The notes beneath the pieces are model-generated. The model made no database searches. It was not told where the DNA came from and saw only the letters and a program-made list of their open reading frames with translations. Position numbers and translations under genes: made by a program. From a virus (taxonomy: Duplodnaviria; Caudoviricetes): a stretch of DNA of 62,857 nt. The stretch lies in IMG/VR virus record IMGVR_UViG_3300025009_000105, positions 1 to 62,857 of that record. One strand, given 5' to 3'. The first letter of the stretch is position 1, and each line of letters opens with the position of its first letter. Of the stretch, positions 35,068 through 45,079 are shown one piece after another.

Positions 35068-37781
35068 TGGAACAGGTCGGTGTTGAGGCCGTACTTAAAG
35101 GACTCGAATCTTTCCTGGGGGGCATGGGGAAGATGGACAAGAGTATCCGCGACCTTATCCCAGGGAACTCCCTGTTGGAGAAGGCGTTCCTTTCGGTTGG
35201 AGACACGATTTCTAAATTTGCCAGTAGCGCGGTACGAACACTGGAATATGCCCTTGGTCAATTATTGGCAGATGCCATTAAGAAGGTCATCAGTTTTATA
35301 GGCGACCTTATAAAAGATGTTATCGACGCAGGGGATGAGTTTTCGCGCCTCCAGATACGTTTGCAACGCCTGAACTTCAACGCACTCACCGAATCCGGCA
35401 TGGAATACAACGAAGCCATGAAGGAGGCAACCAGACTTACAAAAGAGCAACTCGACTGGACGATACGCCTTGGCGCAAAGACTCCTTACGACGCCAAGGA
35501 TATTGCCAACATCTACACCCTTGCGCTCGGTTATGGCTTTACAGCCGACGAAGCGAAGGGATTGACAGAAGCAGTTATCGACTTTGCGTCCGGCATGGGC
35601 TTGACCAACGTGGAATTGGAGCGAGTGGTCATCAACTTCGGTCAGTTGCGGCAGCAGGGGAAGTTGAACGGGCAGGACTTGCGCGACCTGGCGCGCGGCG
35701 CGTTTGTTCCTATTAATAAAATTCTGGCAATCACAGCAGAAAAACTCGGTCTGACAACCGAGGAGTTCAACAAACTCAAGGCTGCTGGGAAATTGTCCGC
35801 CGATCAGGTGGACGTATTCATCCAATCCTTTGAGGAATTTGTTGGAATAAACTTCAAGGGCGCGGCGGAAGCATTAGGAACCGTGTTCAGCGTGGCGGCA
35901 GAGAACGTGCGCGGCATGATCCGCGACATGCTTGCTTCCTACGTTGTGTTTCCCGTATTTATGCAACTCGGCGGTTGGATACAGGGAATCGTGGACGCTA
36001 TTGCCGACAGCGATACGCGCTGGAATAAACTTGTTGGCGCCTTACAGGTTATTGGTCAGACAATCACTCTCATTGTCGATGATCTGCTCGAAATGGTTCC
36101 GTCCACAGAAACAATAGCAGACAAGATCGTTGATGCTGTTCAAAAGATTTCGGCGTGGTTTTTCAAGAACCACGATGTTGTCGTTGAGTGGGTTAGGAAC
36201 GCGGTCAAGTGGTTCAAAAAATCCTTTTTACCAACGCTCCAAAAGGTATGGAAATTTATATTTGGAGATAAGAAAGAAGGGGAGAAAGGCGCTCTCGCTG
36301 GCTTTTTTGATTTTATCGAGAGGGTCGCTCCAGGCGTAGAACAAATGATTAAGTGGATAGTAGATCAACTCACCACCTTCTCAAATTGGGTTACAGAGAA
36401 CAAACCGTTGATTGATGAGTTCTTCTCCACACTTGGAGAGATCGTCTCTGATGTTCTGGAGGGATTGTTCGGAGAAACCCCAGGGGAAGGCGAGGGTTTC
36501 CTGGGAACTCTCAAGACAATCATGCAATGGGTAATTGACAACAAGGATGGAATTGCCGAGTTTATCGAGAACTTTGTTCGCCTCGCCGTTGTCTGGGAGA
36601 TAGTCAAGACTGTGGGGGGAGTTGTTATTGGTATTCTTCTCATACTTGTCGGAGTGATACTCTCCATCATTGGCGTTTTTACAATGTTGGGACCCGGAGC
36701 GGTAATTGGCCTTGCCTTGTTGCTTGCGGCAGTAGCCGGAAGTTTGCTTAGCGTTGACGAAAAAATCGACGAGTGGGGTGCTGGAGTTATAGACAAATTT
36801 AAGGGGTGGTGGGACAAAACCGTAATTGATGTCGGTAATTGGGCAACCGAGATCAACGAAAAATTTGAGATATGGAAAAGCGATAACGCCACCAAGATAA
36901 AAGCGTGGGCAGATGAATTTAACGAAAACTTCAAAAAGGGTCTTGAGGAATCCGGCAATCCTGTGGACGCGTGGGCCGCCGAGACATTAACATCTATTCA
37001 GAAATGGGCGGATGAAACTAAAATCAAGATGGGAGAGGCGTCCACAAACATCGACGGTAGTGTAAAGGAATGGACATCCACTACGCTTACCGACATACAA
37101 ACGTGGTTTGACGAAACCCAAAAGAAGGGAGAAACATGGTCCACTGAGTTTGACGGAACCATCAAAACGTGGGCTTCTACGACCATCGCAGACATTCGCG
37201 CCTGGGGTACGGATGCCGGTGTGGAGGTGGACAATGCCATTGCCGGATTTATAACAAAACTTCGTTCTTGGGGAGCCGATGCTGGCGTTGCCATCGATGA
37301 AAGTTTCGCAGACCTGCTTGGTAAATTCAGCACCATCTGGGAACAAATCAGAACTACTGTTACTCAAATACCGATATGGTTTGAGATTGGAGCAGATATG
37401 CTTCAGGGAATAATAGACGGCGTTGTGTCAAAAGGAAGCGAGTTAATTACGACGGTTGTCACTCTTGCGGTCGATGCCTATAACGCGCTCACCGCTGCAC
37501 TTCAGACCGGCTCCCCGTCCAAGTTGTTCATGGAAGTTGGCTATTCCATTGACGAAGGACTAATCGCAGGTATCACCGGCATGGCAAAGGATGTAGGAAG
37601 CGCAATGGGTAGTGTGATGGGACAGGTGACTGCACCCGCAATGGCTGCCACCGCATCCCCGGGCAGGTCGATCTCGAACAGTTACCAGAACACCCGGAAC
37701 TACAACCTGAACATTACATCCGGTGCGAACTCGGAGGACATCATCTCCGACTATAATATGCTGGAAAGCCTGGCAGGATAA
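35067..37781 (+). CDS. tape measure protein
   Basis: KTPYD...ALGYGF...NFGQLRQQGKLNGQDL domain, hydrophobic segment, Trp-periodic repeats, GSPSKLF. Confidence 0.92.
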   Translation: MEQVGVEAVLKGLESFLGGMGKMDKSIRDLIPGNSLLEKAFLSVGDTISKFASSAVRTLEYALGQLLADAIKKVISFIGDLIKDVIDAGDEFSRLQIRLQRLNFNALTESGMEYNEAMKEATRLTKEQLDWTIRLGAKTPYDAKDIANIYTLALGYGFTADEAKGLTEAVIDFASGMGLTNVELERVVINFGQLRQQGKLNGQDLRDLARGAFVPINKILAITAEKLGLTTEEFNKLKAAGKLSADQVDVFIQSFEEFVGINFKGAAEALGTVFSVAAENVRGMIRDMLASYVVFPVFMQLGGWIQGIVDAIADSDTRWNKLVGALQVIGQTITLIVDDLLEMVPSTETIADKIVDAVQKISAWFFKNHDVVVEWVRNAVKWFKKSFLPTLQKVWKFIFGDKKEGEKGALAGFFDFIERVAPGVEQMIKWIVDQLTTFSNWVTENKPLIDEFFSTLGEIVSDVLEGLFGETPGEGEGFLGTLKTIMQWVIDNKDGIAEFIENFVRLAVVWEIVKTVGGVVIGILLILVGVILSIIGVFTMLGPGAVIGLALLLAAVAGSLLSVDEKIDEWGAGVIDKFKGWWDKTVIDVGNWATEINEKFEIWKSDNATKIKAWADEFNENFKKGLEESGNPVDAWAAETLTSIQKWADETKIKMGEASTNIDGSVKEWTSTTLTDIQTWFDETQKKGETWSTEFDGTIKTWASTTIADIRAWGTDAGVEVDNAIAGFITKLRSWGADAGVAIDESFADLLGKFSTIWEQIRTTVTQIPIWFEIGADMLQGIIDGVVSKGSELITTVVTLAVDAYNALTAALQTGSPSKLFMEVGYSIDEGLIAGITGMAKDVGSAMGSVMGQVTAPAMAATASPGRSISNSYQNTRNYNLNITSGANSEDIISDYNMLESLAG

Positions 37782-37782
37782 G

Positions 37783-40236
37783 ATGGCGACACTTCGGATT
37801 TGCGTTCCTGACGCTACCACGAACTACATTGAGAACCCCGCCTTCCGCTACGCAACAACCGGATGGACTGCGGTGGGATCCGCTTTGACGCGTGTCCTAA
37901 CCGAAGCCCGGTGGAATGTGGCATCCTGTCGGGTGGTGACGAACGGCTCGGCGTTGTACGAGGGTTTGTATTATCGGGTGAGCAGGTTATCTGGCATCAG
38001 CGAACCGGTCTCTGCAAGCGTGTACGTGCGGGGAAGCGGGACGGTGAGATTGCGCCTGATCGACAACCCATCCGGGCAGCAATGGACAAGCAAGGCAAAA
38101 AGACTGCGCACAGATCGTTGGTTGCGCCTGACCGTTACAGGGCGTTCCACGGGCTCGGATGACATGCGCCTGTATGTCGAGACAGACAAGACTGCGCAGG
38201 CCGTCACGTTCTATGTGGACGGCGCGCAGATGGAACGACACCCCTACTCCACGACCTACTGTGACGGAGACCAGGAGGATTGTATGTGGGCGGGAACCAG
38301 TCACGCCAGTCAGTCCAGTCGAACTGGTTTCACACGGGCAGGTGGACGCTGGGTGAGTATTGCGGGATGTGAACGGGACGACCCGGATATTTACTTGACG
38401 GTGATTGGCGGGATGGGCGTGGCTCCCATTCGGAACAACACGCAGTCCTACGCCAACGCTCCGGGCTCCTACCACCAGAACTCAAAGACACTGGACAGGG
38501 TGGTGACGCTTTCATTCAATGTCAAGGCTGCCGATACGAGGCGGAAAACGCTCGAGGCATCCCTAAAGAAACTGCACCAACTCCGGCAGAAACTATTCGA
38601 TGTCATCAAGCCGGACCGCACCCCGGGAAGTCAGGAGTTCCTGATTGAATATCAGGACGGCGCCTACCCCATGTATTTCAAGGCTGTCTATGACGGCGGG
38701 ATGGAAGGCGAATGGGACATTCGTAACCAGTGGATCAACTCATTCCCCGTGCGCCTTCTGGTGGTCTCCCCATACTTCACAGAGGACACACAAGAAGCTG
38801 CGCAGTTGGGCATCCGGGACGAAGCCACGGTCAATTACATCATGCAGCGTTTTGATGGACAGTGGAGCGAGATGAACGGCGGAATGAACGCGGAAGTGCT
38901 GGATATGGCAATCGGCAGCCAGGGCGAAATCATTGCGGTCGGCAACTTCATCCTGGCGAACAATAAGGTGACAGCCATTGACCCGCAGATATTCGCCAAC
39001 TACGTTTGTTATTGGGACGGCAGGCAGTGGCGAGGCTACGGTACTGGCGCGGACGGCATCATCAACGCAGTGGCAGTGGCGCCCAACGGAGACGTGATCG
39101 TCACAGGCAACTTCACGAACATTGGAGGCGCGGCAGCCAACCGGATAGCCAGATGGGTGAAAGCCACTTCCACATGGACCGCACTCGGCGCTGGACTTAC
39201 CGGAGGCGCAGGCTTCGATGTGGCAGTTGCGCCTAATGGAGACGTGTATGTAGTCGGCGCGTTCACTCACGCAGGCGGACAACTCATGCACTACTGCGCC
39301 AGGTACGACGGTGCGTGGCACTCGCTAAGTTCGCAACCAGGTCTGAATAATTACGTCTATGCAATAGCAATCTCAACAGACGGCTCTTATGTCTATCTCG
39401 GAGGTGATTTCACGGACGAGTGGGGAGACCCGGCAACTTTGGATATTCAAAAGATCGTTGGGTACGAAGTATCTGGAAACTCATTCTTTGAACTTGGCGA
39501 CGGCTTTGACAACACGGTTCTTGATCTTGTGTATGCTCCCTCTGGAAGGCTATATGCCTGTGGAGAGTTCACGCTGGCTCCTGCAACATCAGATCAACTT
39601 CGATATATGGCGTATTGGAACGGTGCGCAATGGGCCGAAATAGGCGGAGGCGCAGATAACACTGTAAGATGTTTGAGCGTATCTAAATCGGGCTACATTC
39701 TTGCTTGTGGCGATTTCACTACGCTCGGAAATGTGAACTCGAAATACGTCGGATATTGGAACGGGTCGTCGTGGGTTAATCTTGACGTGGCGATTAACGC
39801 CCCGGTGTACGCCATAATGTTTGACCAATATGATAATATTTTTACGGGATCTGGAGTTGTTACAGAGTTCGCATCCATTACCCCTGTTAATAACATTGGA
39901 ACGGCGGAAACCAATCCAATCCTTTACTTGATAGGACCCGGAACATTGCGGTGGGTCGAAAATCAAGTAGCGCAGAAACGCGTTTATGGAGACGTTGAAA
40001 TTCTTGAGGATGAGGAGGTGATTTTAGATTTTGCAACGGGGAAAATAACAAGCACCGTGCGCGGAGATTTAACCTATACAATTCTTTCCGGCTCGGATAT
40101 TAGCGCCTGGAAACTGCTTCCTGGAAACAATGATATTGCCGTTTTATTTATAGAGGATGTTGGCGCCAGTGCATACATGTACTATGTGCCCCGCCACTGG
40201 AGCGCAGACGCAACCCAACGCGGAGACTCGTTGTAA
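37783..40236 (+). CDS. evolved distal tail (Dit) protein with carbohydrate-binding-like and beta-propeller insertions
   Basis: NYIENP.F...GW and FYVDGAQME; repeated AVAPNGDV.V.G.FT / WNG..W blades; LLPGNNDI C-terminus. Confidence 0.75.
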   Translation: MATLRICVPDATTNYIENPAFRYATTGWTAVGSALTRVLTEARWNVASCRVVTNGSALYEGLYYRVSRLSGISEPVSASVYVRGSGTVRLRLIDNPSGQQWTSKAKRLRTDRWLRLTVTGRSTGSDDMRLYVETDKTAQAVTFYVDGAQMERHPYSTTYCDGDQEDCMWAGTSHASQSSRTGFTRAGGRWVSIAGCERDDPDIYLTVIGGMGVAPIRNNTQSYANAPGSYHQNSKTLDRVVTLSFNVKAADTRRKTLEASLKKLHQLRQKLFDVIKPDRTPGSQEFLIEYQDGAYPMYFKAVYDGGMEGEWDIRNQWINSFPVRLLVVSPYFTEDTQEAAQLGIRDEATVNYIMQRFDGQWSEMNGGMNAEVLDMAIGSQGEIIAVGNFILANNKVTAIDPQIFANYVCYWDGRQWRGYGTGADGIINAVAVAPNGDVIVTGNFTNIGGAAANRIARWVKATSTWTALGAGLTGGAGFDVAVAPNGDVYVVGAFTHAGGQLMHYCARYDGAWHSLSSQPGLNNYVYAIAISTDGSYVYLGGDFTDEWGDPATLDIQKIVGYEVSGNSFFELGDGFDNTVLDLVYAPSGRLYACGEFTLAPATSDQLRYMAYWNGAQWAEIGGGADNTVRCLSVSKSGYILACGDFTTLGNVNSKYVGYWNGSSWVNLDVAINAPVYAIMFDQYDNIFTGSGVVTEFASITPVNNIGTAETNPILYLIGPGTLRWVENQVAQKRVYGDVEILEDEEVILDFATGKITSTVRGDLTYTILSGSDISAWKLLPGNNDIAVLFIEDVGASAYMYYVPRHWSADATQRGDSL

Positions 40237-41519
40237 TGCCATCAACATACCAACTTTGGCTGACAGACGACGTGGGCACGCGTCTGTTGGAATTAAAAAA
40301 CTATGCCTTTATATCCTATTCTCGCTCCCTGCTTGGACTTGGAACATTCAACATCGGTATCCCCTATAAGCAGTTTGTTACAGAGATTTCGCCATATTTC
40401 GAGGTTGACAGACGCGTAGAGGTGTGGAGATCGCCGGATATAGGCTACCCGTTGCGCAGGGAAAATGTATATCTTCTTAGAAAGCCACGTATTTACACAA
40501 GAGAATCGGACAGTGTGCAAATCCTTGAACTGTTTGGGCGCAGCCCCATTGATCTTTTGCGCAGAAGGGTAATCATTCAGGCTGCGGGTTCAATATACAC
40601 AACCAAAACCGGCACTATTGACGATATTATGAAGCAAATTGTTCGGGAGCAAATGTTATACAACGATGCGTTGGACGAAAACGGAGCAGTTGATAACACG
40701 CGGGCGTATCCGCAAACTGGTTTTTTTGTTCAGGAGAATTTATCTTTGGGGCCGTCTGTTAGCGTAGAATACGCAGACAGAAACGTGTTGGACGTTCTTA
40801 ACGAATTAAGGGATATGAGTTTTCAAAAAACGAAGGAAGATAGCGCAAATATCCGCATTGGATTTGATGTAACACCAAGCGAACAGGACGCGGCTCTGCG
40901 TTTTATTCTGGAGGAAGATTACGACATTATCCTGGACGAGGACGGCATTTTACTAGAAGCGGAAGATAGTGCTGCCGTCTATTCAAAAAACGGATTTCGC
41001 TTTATCACTTATGCAAACCTGTATGGATTGGACAGGACCAAAGGAACAGTGTTTTCTGTCGAAAACAACAATCTGCGCGCTCCATTCTATTCCAAGGATC
41101 ATCTCGAAGAAGTGAATACTGTTATCGTCAAGGGACTTGGGCGCGGTGACAGTCGTTCTGTCAGTATTGTTCAGGATCAAGAGCGTGTGTATTCAAGCCG
41201 CTGGAACCGTTGTGAGAGTTTTTTGGATGCCGGTAACGAACCGGATGCGTCAAATTTGGACGATCTGGGCAAATCCGCGCTGTGGGATGGAGAGCCGATT
41301 GAGCAAGTCACGGCTGTTTTTTTAAGCGTTCCGCAAAGTCAAGATTCTCCAAGTTCTTTGTATGGTATTGATTGGGATTTGGGGGATTTGCTCCCGGTAG
41401 AATATGCAGGAAAAAGGTTTGATTGTGAGGTGGTAATTGTATATGTTTCAATCAACGATAGAGGTCAGGAAAATATAACCGGAAGGAATGAGGTCGATAA
41501 TTCTGGAGAGCAAACGTGA
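40236..41519 (+). CDS. baseplate hub / minor tail protein (siphovirus Gp37-like)
   Basis: follows Dit; N.VIV.G.G.G..R, R.E.FLDA, YGIDWDLGD. Confidence 0.75.
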   Translation: MPSTYQLWLTDDVGTRLLELKNYAFISYSRSLLGLGTFNIGIPYKQFVTEISPYFEVDRRVEVWRSPDIGYPLRRENVYLLRKPRIYTRESDSVQILELFGRSPIDLLRRRVIIQAAGSIYTTKTGTIDDIMKQIVREQMLYNDALDENGAVDNTRAYPQTGFFVQENLSLGPSVSVEYADRNVLDVLNELRDMSFQKTKEDSANIRIGFDVTPSEQDAALRFILEEDYDIILDEDGILLEAEDSAAVYSKNGFRFITYANLYGLDRTKGTVFSVENNNLRAPFYSKDHLEEVNTVIVKGLGRGDSRSVSIVQDQERVYSSRWNRCESFLDAGNEPDASNLDDLGKSALWDGEPIEQVTAVFLSVPQSQDSPSSLYGIDWDLGDLLPVEYAGKRFDCEVVIVYVSINDRGQENITGRNEVDNSGEQT

Positions 41520-41944
41520 GTCAATTTAATCAAGATGACCCCCAACTGCGCATCATAAGGGAACTTGCGAAAATCAAAGCAGATATACGCAGGTCTGATT
41601 CTGTACAATCTCCCTATGATGTGGCAAACGAAAATACACCGGATCAGATTACGATTAACCCAAACGATTATGACCCCGGGAACTATTCTGTTTTACGCCT
41701 CTCAACGGACGCGGCAAGAAACATTACGGGAATTTCTGGAGGCGTCAAGGGACGTTCGCTTCATATTATAAACGTAGGCACATTCACAATTACGCTCATA
41801 TACAATTCTGCTTTGTCAGTGGCGGCAAACAGGTTTTACATAAGCACCGCCAGTAATTACGCTTTGGCAACCAACAAGATAGTGGATTTATATTATGACA
41901 GTACGATTGCAATGTGGCGAATTATTGCTCCAGGGTCATCGTGA
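41516..41944 (+). CDS. minor tail protein
   Basis: N-terminal coiled segment; ITGISGG..GR.L.I.N and LYYD...WR. Confidence 0.6.
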   Translation: MSQFNQDDPQLRIIRELAKIKADIRRSDSVQSPYDVANENTPDQITINPNDYDPGNYSVLRLSTDAARNITGISGGVKGRSLHIINVGTFTITLIYNSALSVAANRFYISTASNYALATNKIVDLYYDSTIAMWRIIAPGSS

Positions 41945-41950
41945 TATAAT
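41942..41950 (+). promoter_or_regulatory. extended -10 promoter for the fibre pair
   Basis: TGATATAAT upstream of the GAGG SD and ATG at 41968. Confidence 0.45.
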
Positions 41951-41967
41951 GATGTTGTGAGGAAAAT

Positions 41968-42669
41968 ATGGCAAAAATCTCAGATTTCGCAGACGGGGGG
42001 GCGCCGCAAAACGCGGACGAGTTTGCTGTTGCGCGCGTTGGAAGCAATTTCAAAATAACGTGGTTAAACATTTTGACATTGCTCGGTACAATTTATGCCG
42101 CAATAGCAAACAGTGTTACGGGCGGAGACTCTCATGATCACAATGGCGGTGATGGCGCGCAGATAAACCACACTGCATTATCCAATATCGGCACAAATAC
42201 GCACGCTCAGATCGATGCTTTTTTGGCGGTGTCTGGTTCTTGGACTACCGTTAAAAAAACGGCCGACGAGTCTGTCAGTTTGGACACCACCCTAAGCACA
42301 GATGGCACCTTGCAGTTTACGGCCACCGCAAATAAAACATACGCGGTGCGTGGCAGAATATGGTTTTCGACTGCCGCAACTCCCGACTTCAAATATCGTT
42401 TTGCGTTCGCCGGAACATCCATGTGGATTTTACATACGTCTTATCCGGCAGGAAGTTCTACGCCAACGGTCACAAATGACAATGCAACCCCCGGAACAAC
42501 AGTCGCCCTCTTGGGCGCCGCGTATGGGGGATATATTGAGTTTGACGGAGTGCTTGTTTGCGACGGCAGCGCCAGGGTGTTGGGTTTTCAGTGGGCGCAG
42601 AACACTTCGGATGCCGCCAACACAACGGTCAATGCCGGCTCGTATTTAGAATACATCCAGGTAAATTGA
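41968..42669 (+). CDS. short tail fibre / receptor-binding protein 1
   Basis: KISD N-terminus, SHDH.GGDG..I.H..L knot, C-terminal beta sandwich ending GSYLEY. Confidence 0.7.
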   Translation: MAKISDFADGGAPQNADEFAVARVGSNFKITWLNILTLLGTIYAAIANSVTGGDSHDHNGGDGAQINHTALSNIGTNTHAQIDAFLAVSGSWTTVKKTADESVSLDTTLSTDGTLQFTATANKTYAVRGRIWFSTAATPDFKYRFAFAGTSMWILHTSYPAGSSTPTVTNDNATPGTTVALLGAAYGGYIEFDGVLVCDGSARVLGFQWAQNTSDAANTTVNAGSYLEYIQVN

Positions 42670-42937
42670 CATGCCAAGAATATCAGATTTAAGTAGCGGC
42701 GGCGACCCAAGAAGCGCAGACGAATTTATTGTCGCAAGGGGCGGTGCATCAAAAAAATTAAACTGGTCATCCATACGCGCCGTGCTAGATCCGCTTTATA
42801 TTCCGTCGGGCGATGCGGGGCTGGTTACAAACGGAAACTCTCATGATCACAATGGCGGTGATGGCGCGCAGATAAACCACACTGCATTATCCAATATCGG
42901 CACAAATACGCACGCTCAGATCGATACTTTTTTGGCG
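42115..42937 (+). repeat. 114-bp direct repeat (42115-42228 / 42824-42937) with an 89-bp identical core
   Basis: direct alignment; five mismatches, all G in copy 1 and A in copy 2. Confidence 0.95.
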
Positions 42938-43381
42938 TCTTATTCAGGAACGGCAAAAAAAGCCGCAAATGAAACCATTAATAACAGTGTCGTTGGTGTA
43001 TGGGATGATTCCCTGTATTTTACAATGTTGCCAAACAAAAGGTATTCAATTCATGGCGCAATGTTTGTTTATTCCAATGCCGCGGCAGATTTTATAGTCG
43101 CTTTTCATCATCCTGCCGGAACCGGAAATGTTGTCGTATTCAAATCGGTAAGTTTTGATGTTGGTAGTGCTACGCCAGTACACGACATCAGCATTGGATC
43201 GTCCATTGGTGTTACCATTAATGGCGCCGCTTCTGGTATTGGTGTTATTCGTTTTGATGCACTACTCATCCCAATCGTTGCCGGAGGAACATTTAGAACT
43301 GGTTGGGGGCAAGTCACAGCAGACCCAAGTAATACAACGGTATATGCCGGTTCTTATATGGATTATGTACAGATTAACTAA
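42671..43381 (+). CDS. short tail fibre / receptor-binding protein 2 (paralogue)
   Basis: same architecture as the upstream gene, ends GSYMDY. Confidence 0.7.
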   Translation: MPRISDLSSGGDPRSADEFIVARGGASKKLNWSSIRAVLDPLYIPSGDAGLVTNGNSHDHNGGDGAQINHTALSNIGTNTHAQIDTFLASYSGTAKKAANETINNSVVGVWDDSLYFTMLPNKRYSIHGAMFVYSNAAADFIVAFHHPAGTGNVVVFKSVSFDVGSATPVHDISIGSSIGVTINGAASGIGVIRFDALLIPIVAGGTFRTGWGQVTADPSNTTVYAGSYMDYVQIN

Positions 43382-43382
43382 A

Positions 43383-44414
43383 ATGGGCGAAATATTCGGT
43401 CCTGATCATTATTGGGCGGATTGGTGCAAGCGAGACGAGAACAACCAACTCGTTTATTGCGGAATCGACTTTGCCAAAGCCAAAGCCAACGGAGTGCGTT
43501 TTGTTGGGCTGAAGGGTTGCGACGGACTGGAGCCGACCCCGTTCTTTCACGAGGCGTATCGGGATGCGACTGCGGTCTTTGGGAAGTACGTCCTGATATA
43601 CTGTTGGTTGGATGCGGCAATCTATGCGGACCCCAAGGCGCAAGCGACATTTTGGTACAACGAAGTTGGGAAACTCGGAAACCCGATTGCCATAGACTTT
43701 GAGCGTTATCTTGACAATATTCCGGGGAAGGACGAACTCTGGGCGTCCGGCTATCGGATGCGGGAGTTGGGTTTTCGCAAGGTGCTGATACCATACTCCA
43801 ACTGGTCATATTGGTTGGAACACGCAAGCAACTCACCTGCCTGGTTGGATATATTTGACGGAATCTGGTTGGCGGATCCCGACAGTCCGGTTCCAACTCC
43901 CCCCATCTGGGCTCCTGGAGAAGCAGGCAAGAAGGCGCCTTCTCCGTTCCCGGATTACCTCATCCACCAGTATTCATGGACAGGAGACCCGGAGTTTTAC
44001 GGCGTCCCGTACAAGAAGGCTGTGGACGAAAACAGGATACAATCAGAAGCAGACCTTGCAAGACTGTTTGGCGGAACCATACCGCCAGAACCACCGGAGG
44101 AACACATGAATAAAATTACGATCACCTGGAGAGACGGGGCAACCAAACGCGCGCAACCTTATTACCCCGCCACCCCCACGGACGGCGTCCTGCCTTTGGG
44201 CGCGGTCGTCTATTCAGACAAGGAGCAGGTGCTAGACGCCTATGGAAACAAGTGGATCGAACTCACGGACGGTTGGTTCATTGCGACCGTGTATGGTGGC
44301 GCGCCACGCTGCACCATCGTCCCTGTGACAGTACCGCCCGTGGACACGATCTCGACCACCCTGGTCTTTGATGACACGGGTGAGACGTACAAGGGTACGC
44401 TCACAAAGCAGTAG
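43383..44414 (+). CDS. endolysin, GH25 muramidase with C-terminal SH3-like binding domain
   Basis: IDFAKAKANGVRFVGLK, AIDFE, WLA, HQYSWTG, VD.N; Pro linker; WI..T.GW. Confidence 0.85.
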   Translation: MGEIFGPDHYWADWCKRDENNQLVYCGIDFAKAKANGVRFVGLKGCDGLEPTPFFHEAYRDATAVFGKYVLIYCWLDAAIYADPKAQATFWYNEVGKLGNPIAIDFERYLDNIPGKDELWASGYRMRELGFRKVLIPYSNWSYWLEHASNSPAWLDIFDGIWLADPDSPVPTPPIWAPGEAGKKAPSPFPDYLIHQYSWTGDPEFYGVPYKKAVDENRIQSEADLARLFGGTIPPEPPEEHMNKITITWRDGATKRAQPYYPATPTDGVLPLGAVVYSDKEQVLDAYGNKWIELTDGWFIATVYGGAPRCTIVPVTVPPVDTISTTLVFDDTGETYKGTLTKQ

Positions 44415-44421
44415 CCCGCGG

Positions 44422-44480
44422 TACACTAAAACGCCTCGCTTTATATTGGATATTGTGATATTATTCGATATAAAGCGAGG
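44422..44480 (+). promoter_or_regulatory. -10 element plus 19-bp SD-sequestering hairpin
   Basis: TACACT 44422-44427; stem 44434-44452/44462-44480 ending in GAGG. Confidence 0.6.
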
Positions 44481-44485
44481 TAACA

Positions 44486-45055
44486 GTGAAATGCCGTTTG
44501 TGCGGAAAGCATACAAAAAAACATATTTGTGGGGGTTGTGTCCGCAGAATAAACACGTGGGGAGAGTGTGGATATTCGGAAATGAGAAGCCTTCTTTCGT
44601 TTTCGGAGATTGAGGTTGAAGAGGTTTATCGTTTTTGCGAAAAGTATTATATTGGAAGGTCAAGAGTAGAAAATGAAAAGAGATCAATATTCAAAGTGTC
44701 AATGAGAATACTCGGCTGGAAAGGGAAAATCGTTGGGAGGCATAAAAAATACAACGACTATCTTCATGTCCGAAACGCAAATATAGGAAAACACAATAGG
44801 GAGGGAACGAAAAAAACATTTTGCGAGATTTGTAAAGCAAAAAACGATTTGCGACTGCACCATGTCGTTCCTGCGTCTTGGGGAGGCGCCTTCTTTTTCC
44901 CGGATCTTGTTGTAACTCTTTGCGAAAAATGTCATCGAGAAATACACGCAAAACTAACAAAGAGGTTGACAAGAGAGTTGAAAATAGGATATTTTTCTCC
45001 ACACATGGATGAGATAAAAAGACTGGCATGTTCTATGTTTGATTTTCAAATATAA
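44486..45055 (+). CDS. HNH endonuclease
   Basis: CRLC...CGGC; CEIC...LHHVVPASWGG...LCEKCH; AT-rich. Confidence 0.8.
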   Translation: MKCRLCGKHTKKHICGGCVRRINTWGECGYSEMRSLLSFSEIEVEEVYRFCEKYYIGRSRVENEKRSIFKVSMRILGWKGKIVGRHKKYNDYLHVRNANIGKHNREGTKKTFCEICKAKNDLRLHHVVPASWGGAFFFPDLVVTLCEKCHREIHAKLTKRLTRELKIGYFSPHMDEIKRLACSMFDFQI

Positions 45056-45079
45056 ACCACAACTTAGGTTAAACCATAT

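Noticed and set aside
36770-37380. Trp-periodic repeats in the tape measure protein
   Set aside because: Ordinary 11/22-residue tape measure periodicity
42115-42937. Diversity-generating retroelement TR/VR pair
   Set aside because: No reverse transcriptase in the window, both copies are mid-gene coding sequence and most adenines are unchanged; kept only as a repeat finding
44486-45055. IscB/Cas9-like RNA-guided nuclease
   Set aside because: Too short, no RuvC motifs or PLMP N-terminus, and the leader is far smaller than an omega/HEARO RNA
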